A program made the position numbers and the translations under genes. Below are positions 42,295 to 50,799 of a stretch of 64,000 bases of DNA, in pieces. The notes under the pieces are model-generated. The model ran no database searches, had not been told where the DNA came from, and saw only the letters and a list, made by a program, of their open reading frames with translations. The stretch comes from Gammaproteobacteria bacterium. Lineage in GTDB: Bacteria > Pseudomonadota > Gammaproteobacteria > G965277405. The DNA is taken from NCBI GenBank assembly GCA_965277405.1, contig OZ255726.1, forward strand, positions 1,024,001-1,088,000. Direction: 5' to 3'. Each line of letters starts with the position of its first letter. Within the stretch, counting starts at the first letter, position 1.

Positions 42295-43512
42295 TTAATG
42301 TTCTGCCCATTGTACTGTGCTAAGGTCAATGCCTTGTTTATGCATATCCCATAGCGGCGATAATTCTCTTAATTTTTCTACAGCATGCCGTACTGTTTGA
42401 ATTGCTTCATCAATATCGCTTTCGGTTGTGTAACGTCCTATTGAAAACCGTAATGAGCTATGTGCAAGTTCGTCGCTTCGACCTAATGCACGCAACACAT
42501 ATGAAGGTTCCAAACTTGCTGAAGTACAAGCAGATCCAGAAGACAATGCCAGTGTAGTTAATGACATCAACAATGATTCACCTTCAACAAAGTTAAAGCT
42601 TACATTGACATTTCCTGGAAAGCGCTGTGTGGTTGATCCGTTATAATATACTTCCTCAACATCCTGTATCCCAGCACCAAAGCGTTTTGCTAATTTTGCA
42701 ATGCGCACAGCTTCTGCCGCCATTTCTTGTCGAGCAATAGCGAATGCTGCGCCCATACCAACAATTTGATGGGTTGCCAGTGTCCCTGAGCGCATCCCGC
42801 GTTCGTGACCACCGCCATGAATTTGCGCAGTCAAGCGCACGCGTGGCTTGCGGCGTACAAACAAGGCACCAATACCTTTTGGTCCATATATTTTATGCGC
42901 ACACATCGACATTAAATCGACTTTCATTGTTGTTAAATCTATGTTGATTTTGCCTGCGCTTTGCGCGGCATCAACGTGGAATAGTACGCCATTATTACGG
43001 GTGATTTCGCCAATCGCAGCGATATCATTAAGAACACCTATTTCATTATTCATATGCATTAACGATACAAGTATTGTATCTGGACGAATGCTTTGTGCTA
43101 CTTGCTCTGGAGCAATCACTCCCTCTTTGTTTGGCTCTAGGTAGGTAACGTCATATCCTTTGCTTTCTAAATAACGGCATGGATCAAGGACGGCCTTGTG
43201 CTCAATTTTGCTGGTAATAATATGCCTACCTTTATTTTGGTAAAAATCACACACACCTTTTATTGCTAAATTATCTGCCTCAGTTGCACCAGAGGTCCAA
43301 ACTATTTCACGAGGATCACACTGTACTAATTCAGCCACATCATTCCGTGCTTTTTCAACAAGCTCTTCTGCCTGCCAACCATAGGCATGGGAGCGGGATG
43401 CGGGATTGCCGAATACGCCATCTATTGTTAAACAGTCCATCATTTTTGTTACAACACGCGGATCTACGGGCGTGGTTGCAGCATAGTCAAAATAAATAAC
43501 GGGATTCTTCAT
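42295..43512 (-). CDS. iscS: Cysteine desulfurase
   Basis: [42 protein letters not shown]. Confidence 0.98.
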   Translation of the reverse strand: MKNPVIYFDYAATTPVDPRVVTKMMDCLTIDGVFGNPASRSHAYGWQAEELVEKARNDVAELVQCDPREIVWTSGATEADNLAIKGVCDFYQNKGRHIITSKIEHKAVLDPCRYLESKGYDVTYLEPNKEGVIAPEQVAQSIRPDTILVSLMHMNNEIGVLNDIAAIGEITRNNGVLFHVDAAQSAGKINIDLTTMKVDLMSMCAHKIYGPKGIGALFVRRKPRVRLTAQIHGGGHERGMRSGTLATHQIVGMGAAFAIARQEMAAEAVRIAKLAKRFGAGIQDVEEVYYNGSTTQRFPGNVNVSFNFVEGESLLMSLTTLALSSGSACTSASLEPSYVLRALGRSDELAHSSLRFSIGRYTTESDIDEAIQTVRHAVEKLRELSPLWDMHKQGIDLSTVQWAEH

Positions 43513-43518
43513 ATTCCT

Positions 43519-43968
43519 TCACTGTAGTTTGTGCAATGATTGGTGTGACGCGTCCATTTGCAGCCCATCCATCAAATTTTGTAAAGAGACCTCCTCCAGA
43601 AAGCTATTTATTCTCCAATTCAAGTTTTCCCAAAGGTCGTGAGTAATACATTTTGCATTTCCATGGCAATTTCCTTCCCCTCGACACTTTCTGGTGTCGA
43701 TCTTCCCATGCACAGCCTCAACAATATCGGCAATCGTTATCGATTTAGGTTGTCTTGCTAACTTATACCCACCACCACGACCACGTTGACTCACAACAAT
43801 TTTGCGTTGTTTCAACTGGGCTAATATTTGCTCTAAATATCCTAGAGAAATACACTGCCTTTGCGCAACTGTTGCTAATTGAACCGTTTCACTTGCATCA
43901 CCAACGCCCTGCATAGCTATATCAAGTGCTGCAGTGACGGCATATCGAGTGGTTGTGTTGAGTCGCAT
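43519..43968 (-). CDS. iscR: Fe-S cluster regulator (Rrf2 family)
   Basis: RYAVTA.LD, YLEQI, RGRGGGY.L, three Cys plus His (CRGEGNCHGNAKCITH); heads the isc operon. Confidence 0.93.
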   Translation of the reverse strand: MRLNTTTRYAVTAALDIAMQGVGDASETVQLATVAQRQCISLGYLEQILAQLKQRKIVVSQRGRGGGYKLARQPKSITIADIVEAVHGKIDTRKCRGEGNCHGNAKCITHDLWENLNWRINSFLEEVSLQNLMDGLQMDASHQSLHKLQ

Positions 43969-43971
43969 TTT

Positions 43972-43996
43972 AAAACCAAGTGTTTTACTAGGTTAT
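43972..43996. promoter_or_regulatory. Putative IscR autoregulatory operator
   Basis: 25-bp imperfect palindrome AAAACCAAGT-GTTTT-ACTAGGTTAT (8/10 arm pairs) 3 bp upstream of the iscR start; IscR sites are ~25-bp imperfect palindromes. Confidence 0.5.
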
Positions 43997-44156
43997 TAGT
44001 ATATGTACATTCTGTAATAATACAAGGGCTCTCTGTACAAACTAACTGCATACAACTATACAATAGCTATGATCTATATTACGTTCTAGGAGTGAATGTA
44101 TGCGTGGGTTGACACGGCAATTGTCTATTTTGGGTGGTATTGTGCATCTTCCAGGG

Positions 44157-45278
44157 TTATCTAGAAAACTGCAAAACTGCGGTTACAACTTGCTCAAGTT
44201 GTTCTTCAGTAATAAACGCGCTCATCGGCAAGCTTAGCACTGTTGCAGCTAAAGCATCTGTATTGGGTAATGATTTTGAGCGTGAAATAGGCAGATATGC
44301 GCTTTGTGTATGGAGTGGTTGCGGATAATAAATTGCCGTTGGAATACCAAGGTGTTGTAAGTGCTGTTGCAGCTGATTTCGCTGTGGATACGTCACGGTA
44401 AACTGAGCAAAAACATGCTCATCATTTGGTAAATAACCAAGCGGTTTGAGCCATTTTGGCAAATATTCCACATACAGTCCTGCGCGTTGACGACGCACAG
44501 CTAGCTCAGTTTCAAAATATTGTAGTTTTACACCCAAAATTGCGGCTTGTAACGCGTCAATGCGACCGTTAATTCCTATTTTAGCATAGCTGTATTGTGC
44601 GTCTTGACCATGGTTGAGCAGTTGACGTAAAGCAACTGTGATTGCGTCATCGTTGGTAAAAACAGCGCCGCCGTCACCATAGCAACCAAGCGGTTTTGCT
44701 GGAAAAAAACTAGTACAGCCAATATCAGCTAATGTGCCAGACATGTGTTGTATTCCGCAACTATCGGTCTGTCTAGCACCAAAACTCTGGGCGGCGTCTT
44801 CAATAAGCACGATATCCCTCGCAGCAGCCTTTGTTACTGCGCGAATCGCAGCATAGTCAGGGCAGCGGCCAAACAAGTTGACACATATAATTGCTTTGGT
44901 TTTCTCAGTGATTTCAGTTGCGATATGCTCTGCTTCACTGCATGCGCTTTGACTATCGACATCTACAAATATTGGCGTTGCGCCAAGCAGCGCAACGACT
45001 TCTGCACTGGCAACGAAGGTAAATGATGGAATAATCACTTCATCACCTCGACCGACTTTTGCTACCATCAATGCCAATAACAACGCATCTGTGCCACTAG
45101 AGCAGCCGATTGCATGTTTGACACCAACATATTTTTGCAACTGTTGTTCAAAATTTGCGACTTCTTTGCCGAGAATAAATTGCCCATGTTCAAATACCCG
45201 TGCAATTGCCGCATCTATGGCGGTTCGATATTGTTGGTACTGGGTGGCTAAATCAATAAACGGAAACTTTGGTTTCAT
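44157..45278 (-). CDS. DegT/DnrJ/EryC1/StrS sugar aminotransferase (WbpE-like)
   Basis: FIDLATQY, SSGTDAL, IEDAAQSFGA, TSFFPAKPLGCYGDGGA, NGRIDALQAA. Confidence 0.92.
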   Translation of the reverse strand: MKPKFPFIDLATQYQQYRTAIDAAIARVFEHGQFILGKEVANFEQQLQKYVGVKHAIGCSSGTDALLLALMVAKVGRGDEVIIPSFTFVASAEVVALLGATPIFVDVDSQSACSEAEHIATEITEKTKAIICVNLFGRCPDYAAIRAVTKAAARDIVLIEDAAQSFGARQTDSCGIQHMSGTLADIGCTSFFPAKPLGCYGDGGAVFTNDDAITVALRQLLNHGQDAQYSYAKIGINGRIDALQAAILGVKLQYFETELAVRRQRAGLYVEYLPKWLKPLGYLPNDEHVFAQFTVTYPQRNQLQQHLQHLGIPTAIYYPQPLHTQSAYLPISRSKSLPNTDALAATVLSLPMSAFITEEQLEQVVTAVLQFSR

Positions 45279-45308
45279 ACGTTATCTCAACACTACAACG
45301 CAACGACC

Positions 45309-45818
45309 TTAGAACGGCACTTCGTCATCTAAGTCATCAAATGAAGCTGGTTCTTTATTAGCTGTCGCTGGTTTGGCTGTGGCATTAGCTGGTTGAGCAG
45401 CAGCTGCTGGCTGACGTGCAAAACCGCCGTTACTCGCATTAGCATCAGGCATGCCGCCACCACCTTGGCGTTGCCCAACGCCACCTTGGCGTTGCCCAAG
45501 CATTTGCATCTCTTGGCATATGATTTCTGTGGTATAGCGTTTTACCCCGTCTTTTTCCCACTCATTAGTACGTAACCGACCCTCAACATAGATTTGCGCA
45601 CCTTTTTGCAAATATTGTTTTGCTATGTCCGCAAGTTTATCGAACATCACAACGCGATGCCACTCAGTTTGTTCTTGACGCACTCCTTGTTGATCAGTCC
45701 ATGACCGATTCGTTGCTATAGAAAAATTGCATACACTCGTTCCAGTAGGCGTATACCGTACTTCTGGCGCTTGCCCAACATGTCCGACCAATATGACTTT
45801 ATTAACTCCGCGTGACAT
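45309..45818 (-). CDS. ssb: Single-stranded DNA-binding protein
   Basis: [27 protein letters not shown], acidic tip DDEVPF. Confidence 0.97.
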   Translation of the reverse strand: MSRGVNKVILVGHVGQAPEVRYTPTGTSVCNFSIATNRSWTDQQGVRQEQTEWHRVVMFDKLADIAKQYLQKGAQIYVEGRLRTNEWEKDGVKRYTTEIICQEMQMLGQRQGGVGQRQGGGGMPDANASNGGFARQPAAAAQPANATAKPATANKEPASFDDLDDEVPF

Positions 45819-45831
45819 AAGTTCTCCACAA

Positions 45832-45858
45832 TTAATACTCTTAATACTCTTAATACTC
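45832..45858. repeat. 9-bp tandem repeat x3 in the ssb divergent promoter region
   Basis: TTAATACTC TTAATACTC TTAATACTC. Confidence 0.9.
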
Positions 45859-45940
45859 TGATAATATTCTGAGTTTTATTTGATAATTAAAATAATGCAT
45901 TCTGTTGATAGGCTATAGTATGACAAAATTCGGGAGGATT

Positions 45941-46705
45941 ATGTCATTTATCACCGTCAATAACATTAGTAAAGCATTTGCTGGCACGCAAATCTTACGC
46001 GAAATAAGTTTGTCTGTCGAGAAAGGTCAGGTTGTTTCAATTATTGGTTCGAGCGGTTCTGGGAAAAGCACATTGCTTCGTTGCCTCAATTTTTTAACGA
46101 CACCAGACAGCGGTAGCGTACAGATGGATCAAACAATTGTCGAAGTGTGCTACGACAAAAAAAAACAACCATATGTCGACGAGGAACAAGTACGCAAACT
46201 ACGTTCGATTACCGCAATGGTCTTCCAACAGTGGAACCTCTGGTCGCATATGACTATTCTGGACAATATCATTGAAGTACCTGTCCATATTTACAAAAAA
46301 CCCAAACAACAGGCCGTGGCATATGCTCAAGAATTACTCGACAAAGTAGGGATTCTTGAGCAGCAAGATAAATTTCCATTGCAATTATCTGGCGGGCAAC
46401 AACAACGTGCAGCTATTGCTCGTGCATTGGCTATTGATCCTGAAGTGCTATTATTTGATGAGCCAACTTCGGCACTTGATCCAGAGCTTGTTCAAGAAGT
46501 ACTACAAGTTATTAAGCAACTGGCATCAGAGCACAGAACAATGCTGGTTGTTACCCACGAAATGAACTTCGCCATGGATGTAGCTGATCAATTGCTATTC
46601 CTTCACCAAGGAATTATCGAAGAGCAAGGGGATCCAGCGACGGTACTTAACAACCCAAAAAGCCAACGACTACAGCAATTTTTATTGCACACACAAGTTT
46701 TATAA
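45941..46705 (+). CDS. Polar amino-acid ABC transporter ATPase (HisP/AotP family)
   Basis: GGAGG RBS; IIGSSGSGKSTLLRCLN, MVFQQWNLWSHMT, LSGGQQQR, FDEPTSALDPEL. Confidence 0.92.
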   Translation: MSFITVNNISKAFAGTQILREISLSVEKGQVVSIIGSSGSGKSTLLRCLNFLTTPDSGSVQMDQTIVEVCYDKKKQPYVDEEQVRKLRSITAMVFQQWNLWSHMTILDNIIEVPVHIYKKPKQQAVAYAQELLDKVGILEQQDKFPLQLSGGQQQRAAIARALAIDPEVLLFDEPTSALDPELVQEVLQVIKQLASEHRTMLVVTHEMNFAMDVADQLLFLHQGIIEEQGDPATVLNNPKSQRLQQFLLHTQVL

Positions 46706-46712
46706 CGTTCTT

Positions 46713-46956
46713 GGTAGTTATATTAACGTCATATGTGCGATTTTTTAGATGAAATGCTCTGTTGCATAGTCGTTCATATTCGTGGCAAAGGAGGTTTCTT
46801 AAGCCATAATACTGTTTAGTTATGCGTGTATCAGACCACTTTAACGCGTCCATGCTTGCATCGCATATGTATTCTAGGACTACCGTATCCTGCATCTTGC
46901 AATCACTTCCAATTCACCGCAAACTTGCTCCATCAGTGACTCAATCAAGAAATTCC
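46713..46956 (+). mobile_element. Decayed MITE copy immediately upstream of alaS
   Basis: Right end CTTGCAATCA...GCAAACTTGCTCCATCAGTGACTCAATCAAGAAATTCC matches CTTGCAATCA...GCAAACTCGCTCCATCAGCGAGTTAATCAGATCTTCC; left end GGTAGTTATATTAA...ATGTGCGA weaker. Confidence 0.7.
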
Positions 46957-46960
46957 TTAC

Positions 46961-49564
46961 ATGAATAGCTCAGAAATCCGCTCAGCCTTTTTGAATTATT
47001 TCAAAAGCAAGCAGCACACTATTATTGCAAGTTCATCGCTCATTCCAGCAGATGACCCAACATTATTATTTGTTAATGCTGGCATGGTGCAGTTTAAAGA
47101 TATTTTTCTCGGTAAGGAGTCGCGCACATATCAACGCGCAACGACAGCACAGCGCTGTATTCGTGCTGGCGGCAAGCATAATGATTTAGAAAATGTTGGC
47201 TATACTGCGCGCCACCACACGTTTTTTGAAATGCTTGGCAACTTTAGTTTTGGAGATTATTTTAAAGAGCAGGCGATTGTATATGCGTGGGAGTTTCTAA
47301 CTCAAGTACTTAAACTGCCCAAAGAAAGACTGTGGGTGACCGTGCATAGCAGCGACACCGATGCAGAAAAAATATGGCTTGAAAAAATTGGTGTGTGTAG
47401 CAGTAGATTTTCACGTTTAGATGAAGACAACTTTTGGTCAATGGGCGATACAGGCCCATGTGGACCATGTTCAGAAGTTTTTTATGACCACGGACCGAAT
47501 ATCGCTGGTGGTCCTCCAGGGTCTGCTAATGATGATGGTGACCGTTATATCGAAATTTGGAATTTAGTGTTCATGCAATATAACCGCCACCCAGACGGCA
47601 GCATGACCCCATTACCCAAACCCTCTGTTGATACTGGTATGGGGCTGGAACGCATAGCAGCGGTGTTACAAAACGTACATAACAACTACGATACCGACGT
47701 CTTCAAAACATTGATTATCCAAGCGGCAAAACTGATAGGAACGGTTGATACTCAATCACAGTCATTGCAAGTCATTGCTGACCATATCCGCTCGTGTGCA
47801 TTTTTAATCATAGATGGTGTAACACCTGGGAATGAAGGTAGAGGGTATGTGCTGCGTCGTATTATTCGCAGAGCAATTCGCCACGGCTACAAACTGAATG
47901 CAAAGCATATTTTTTTTAGTAAATTAATTACAACGTTAGCAGATTTAATGGGCGCTGCTTATCCTGACTTGATCAAAAAAAAGTCATATATTATTGAAGT
48001 GTTGTTCAATGAAGAGCAACAGTTTTCCACAACTATCAAGCAAGGCATGCGCTTAATTAGTGAGCAAAGCCGTCTTGCCACTGATGGCATTATTGCAGCT
48101 GAGACCATTTTTAAACTATATGATACCTACGGATTTCCTGTGGATTTAACCAATGACTACGCACGCGAACATGGCTTTACTCTTGACTTAGATGGCTATG
48201 AAAAACTGATGGCACAACAACGCGTCCGTGCGCGCAGCGCCAGTAAATTCAAACAAATGCAAATCAATTTTCCAATTGACGCAACAACCAATTTTGTCGG
48301 GTATCAGTCGAATACAGCAGCCGCAAAAATAATTGGTATTGTCGTTGACGGTTTATCAGTAGACCAATTACATAATCATAAGACAGACGCGGTTATCGTG
48401 TTAGACAGCTCACCATTTTATGGTGAAAGAGGCGGGCAAACTGGTGATATTGGTACAATATTTAACACCGCGGCTGTGTTTCATGTTCACGATACCCAGC
48501 AGCGCGATGGCATGTTGCTACACTTTGGAATAATTGACGATGGCACCTTGCGGATTGGAGAAACAATCAAGGCAAAAATCAATACTGAACAACGAGACGA
48601 AAGCCGCAAACACCATAGCGCCACACATTTGCTCCACGCGGCACTACGGCAAGTTCTTGGCGAAGGAGTCGTTCAAAAAGGTTCACACGTTAGCCCAGTT
48701 CGGCTGCGGTTTGACTTTTCCCACCCAAAGCCGGTGACGCCAACACAGCTGCGCGAAATTGTAAATATCACCAACGCATCCATTCAGCAAAATTCGCTGG
48801 TAGCTAGTACAGAAATGCCAATTGACAACGCCAAACAATTAGGAGCTATCGCCATGTTTGGAGAGAAATATGGCGCACAAGTGCGCGTGGTCACTATGGG
48901 GGTGTATAACGACAAACCGTGGTCGATTGAATTATGTGGGGGCACGCATGTCGAGCGCACAGGTGATATTGGGGCAGTTGTTTTGTTGAAAGAAAGCGGT
49001 ATTTCTGCTGGTGTACGCCGTATAGAAGCGTTTGCAGGCAAGGCTGCCATCTCCCATATTCACAGCGTACAGCAGCAAGTTTTTGACGTTGAACAACATA
49101 CGCAGACAAAGCTGATTGACTTAGCTGAGCGCATGAGTCAATTACAAAAAACTATTCTCCTGAATAAAAAGAAAAGCACCCAGCCTGTGTCCAAGCGCGA
49201 ACTCACGCAAACAACATGTGGAGCATATACGTTGCGCCACATCGTGCTTGACGATGCACCAGCAGCCGAGCTACGATCATTATATGACCAATATAAACAC
49301 GAATATACCTCATCAGTGCTAGCATTATTCAGCACCTCTACAGCAGGTGTGCGGGCTATCATCGCCGTGAGCAATGATATTGATCAACGGATTGCTGCCA
49401 ATAAAATACTTCAGTTTATCGCCCCATTCATCGATGGGCGTGGCGGCGGTAAACCGCAAATGGCGCAAGGCGGTGGCAAAAATCCTGCGGGGGTAACAGC
49501 GGCAATTCACGCTATGGTTATTGAACTGGAACACCCAAATGCCATACTCTGCTCATGTCTCTAA
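46961..49564 (+). CDS. alaS: Alanine-tRNA ligase
   Basis: DPTLLFVNAGM, HHTFFEMLGNFSFGDYFK, DTGMGLER, HSATHLLH, ELCGGTHV, GGGKPQMAQGGG. Confidence 0.98.
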   Translation: MNSSEIRSAFLNYFKSKQHTIIASSSLIPADDPTLLFVNAGMVQFKDIFLGKESRTYQRATTAQRCIRAGGKHNDLENVGYTARHHTFFEMLGNFSFGDYFKEQAIVYAWEFLTQVLKLPKERLWVTVHSSDTDAEKIWLEKIGVCSSRFSRLDEDNFWSMGDTGPCGPCSEVFYDHGPNIAGGPPGSANDDGDRYIEIWNLVFMQYNRHPDGSMTPLPKPSVDTGMGLERIAAVLQNVHNNYDTDVFKTLIIQAAKLIGTVDTQSQSLQVIADHIRSCAFLIIDGVTPGNEGRGYVLRRIIRRAIRHGYKLNAKHIFFSKLITTLADLMGAAYPDLIKKKSYIIEVLFNEEQQFSTTIKQGMRLISEQSRLATDGIIAAETIFKLYDTYGFPVDLTNDYAREHGFTLDLDGYEKLMAQQRVRARSASKFKQMQINFPIDATTNFVGYQSNTAAAKIIGIVVDGLSVDQLHNHKTDAVIVLDSSPFYGERGGQTGDIGTIFNTAAVFHVHDTQQRDGMLLHFGIIDDGTLRIGETIKAKINTEQRDESRKHHSATHLLHAALRQVLGEGVVQKGSHVSPVRLRFDFSHPKPVTPTQLREIVNITNASIQQNSLVASTEMPIDNAKQLGAIAMFGEKYGAQVRVVTMGVYNDKPWSIELCGGTHVERTGDIGAVVLLKESGISAGVRRIEAFAGKAAISHIHSVQQQVFDVEQHTQTKLIDLAERMSQLQKTILLNKKKSTQPVSKRELTQTTCGAYTLRHIVLDDAPAAELRSLYDQYKHEYTSSVLALFSTSTAGVRAIIAVSNDIDQRIAANKILQFIAPFIDGRGGGKPQMAQGGGKNPAGVTAAIHAMVIELEHPNAILCSCL

Positions 49565-50799
49565 TAGTACAAAAATATGGAGGCACATCGCTCGGGTCGA
49601 TTGAGCGTATTCAAGCAGTCGCAGCGAACATTGCCCACTGGCGCGATCAAGGACACTCAATCGTTGCGGTTGTATCGGCAATGTCTGGTGAAACTAAGCG
49701 TTTGCTCGCACTCGCATCAGCACTCACTGCCAACCCAAGTCGCCGTGAACTTGACGTGGCTGTTTCGACAGGTGAACAGGTTGCTGCAGCATTACTCTGT
49801 ATGGCTTTGCACACACGCCATTGCCCAGCGCGCTCATTTGCTGGTTGGCAAATCCCAATTTATACAGATAATGTGTTTAACAAAGCGCGGATTCATTCGA
49901 TTGAAACAAACAATATTACCGCAGCCTTGGATGAAAAATTTGTCGCGGTAATTACTGGCTTTCAAGGTGTCACTGCCAATCATGAAATCACCACGCTGGG
50001 GCGCGGTGGCTCAGATACTTCTGCCGTAGCAATAGCAGCTGCGCTCAAAGCAGATGAATGCCATATTTATACTGATGTTGACGGTGTCTATACAACCGAT
50101 CCGCGAATTTATAACGCTGCGGTAAAATTAGACACATTATCATTTGAAGAAATGCTCGAACTTGCCAGCATGGGTTCAAAGGTTTTGCAAATTCGCGCAG
50201 TAGAATTTGCGAGCAAGTATAATATTCCCTTGCGGGTGCTATCGTCGTTTACACTAGGAATTGGAACACTTATCTCATCAGCAGGCTCAGACACTATGGA
50301 AAAACCACTCATTTCCGGCATTACTTGCCAACGCAACGAAGCCAAACTCACGCTATTTGGCGTTCCTGATGTTCCTGGTGTGGCTGCGCAAATACTTGGG
50401 TCAGTGGCGCAGTTGCATATTGATGTCGATATGATTATTCAAAACACTGCTGAAGACGGCACGACCAGCTTCACCTTTACGGTTGCCCGTGCTGATGCAG
50501 ATCAAGCCGAAGCAGCGCTTGGCATATTGAAAACGCAATTGAACGCACGCAATGTAGAATGTGATAGAAAAATTGCCAAAGTGTCCGTGGTCGGTATTGG
50601 CATGAAGTCGCATCCTGGAGTCGCGGCAACTGCATTCGCTTCTCTTGCAAAAGAAGGCATCAACATTATTTTAATTTCCACATCTGAAATTAAAATTACT
50701 GCAGCAATAGATGAACGATATTTAGAACTTGCCGTACATACTTTACACGATGCATTTGAACTTGAGAAACTTGCACAAAATGACACCTTGGCTGGCTGA
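49555..50799 (+). CDS. lysC: Aspartokinase
   Basis: VQKYGGTS, VVSAM, TTLGRGGSDTSA, TDVDGVYTTDPR, two ACT domains, STSEIKI. Confidence 0.96.
   Translation: MSLIVQKYGGTSLGSIERIQAVAANIAHWRDQGHSIVAVVSAMSGETKRLLALASALTANPSRRELDVAVSTGEQVAAALLCMALHTRHCPARSFAGWQIPIYTDNVFNKARIHSIETNNITAALDEKFVAVITGFQGVTANHEITTLGRGGSDTSAVAIAAALKADECHIYTDVDGVYTTDPRIYNAAVKLDTLSFEEMLELASMGSKVLQIRAVEFASKYNIPLRVLSSFTLGIGTLISSAGSDTMEKPLISGITCQRNEAKLTLFGVPDVPGVAAQILGSVAQLHIDVDMIIQNTAEDGTTSFTFTVARADADQAEAALGILKTQLNARNVECDRKIAKVSVVGIGMKSHPGVAATAFASLAKEGINIILISTSEIKITAAIDERYLELAVHTLHDAFELEKLAQNDTLAG

Noticed and set aside
46706-46960. T-box or riboswitch leader for alaS-lysC
   Set aside because: No T-box or lysine riboswitch motifs recognised. 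Similarity to the MITE explains the region.
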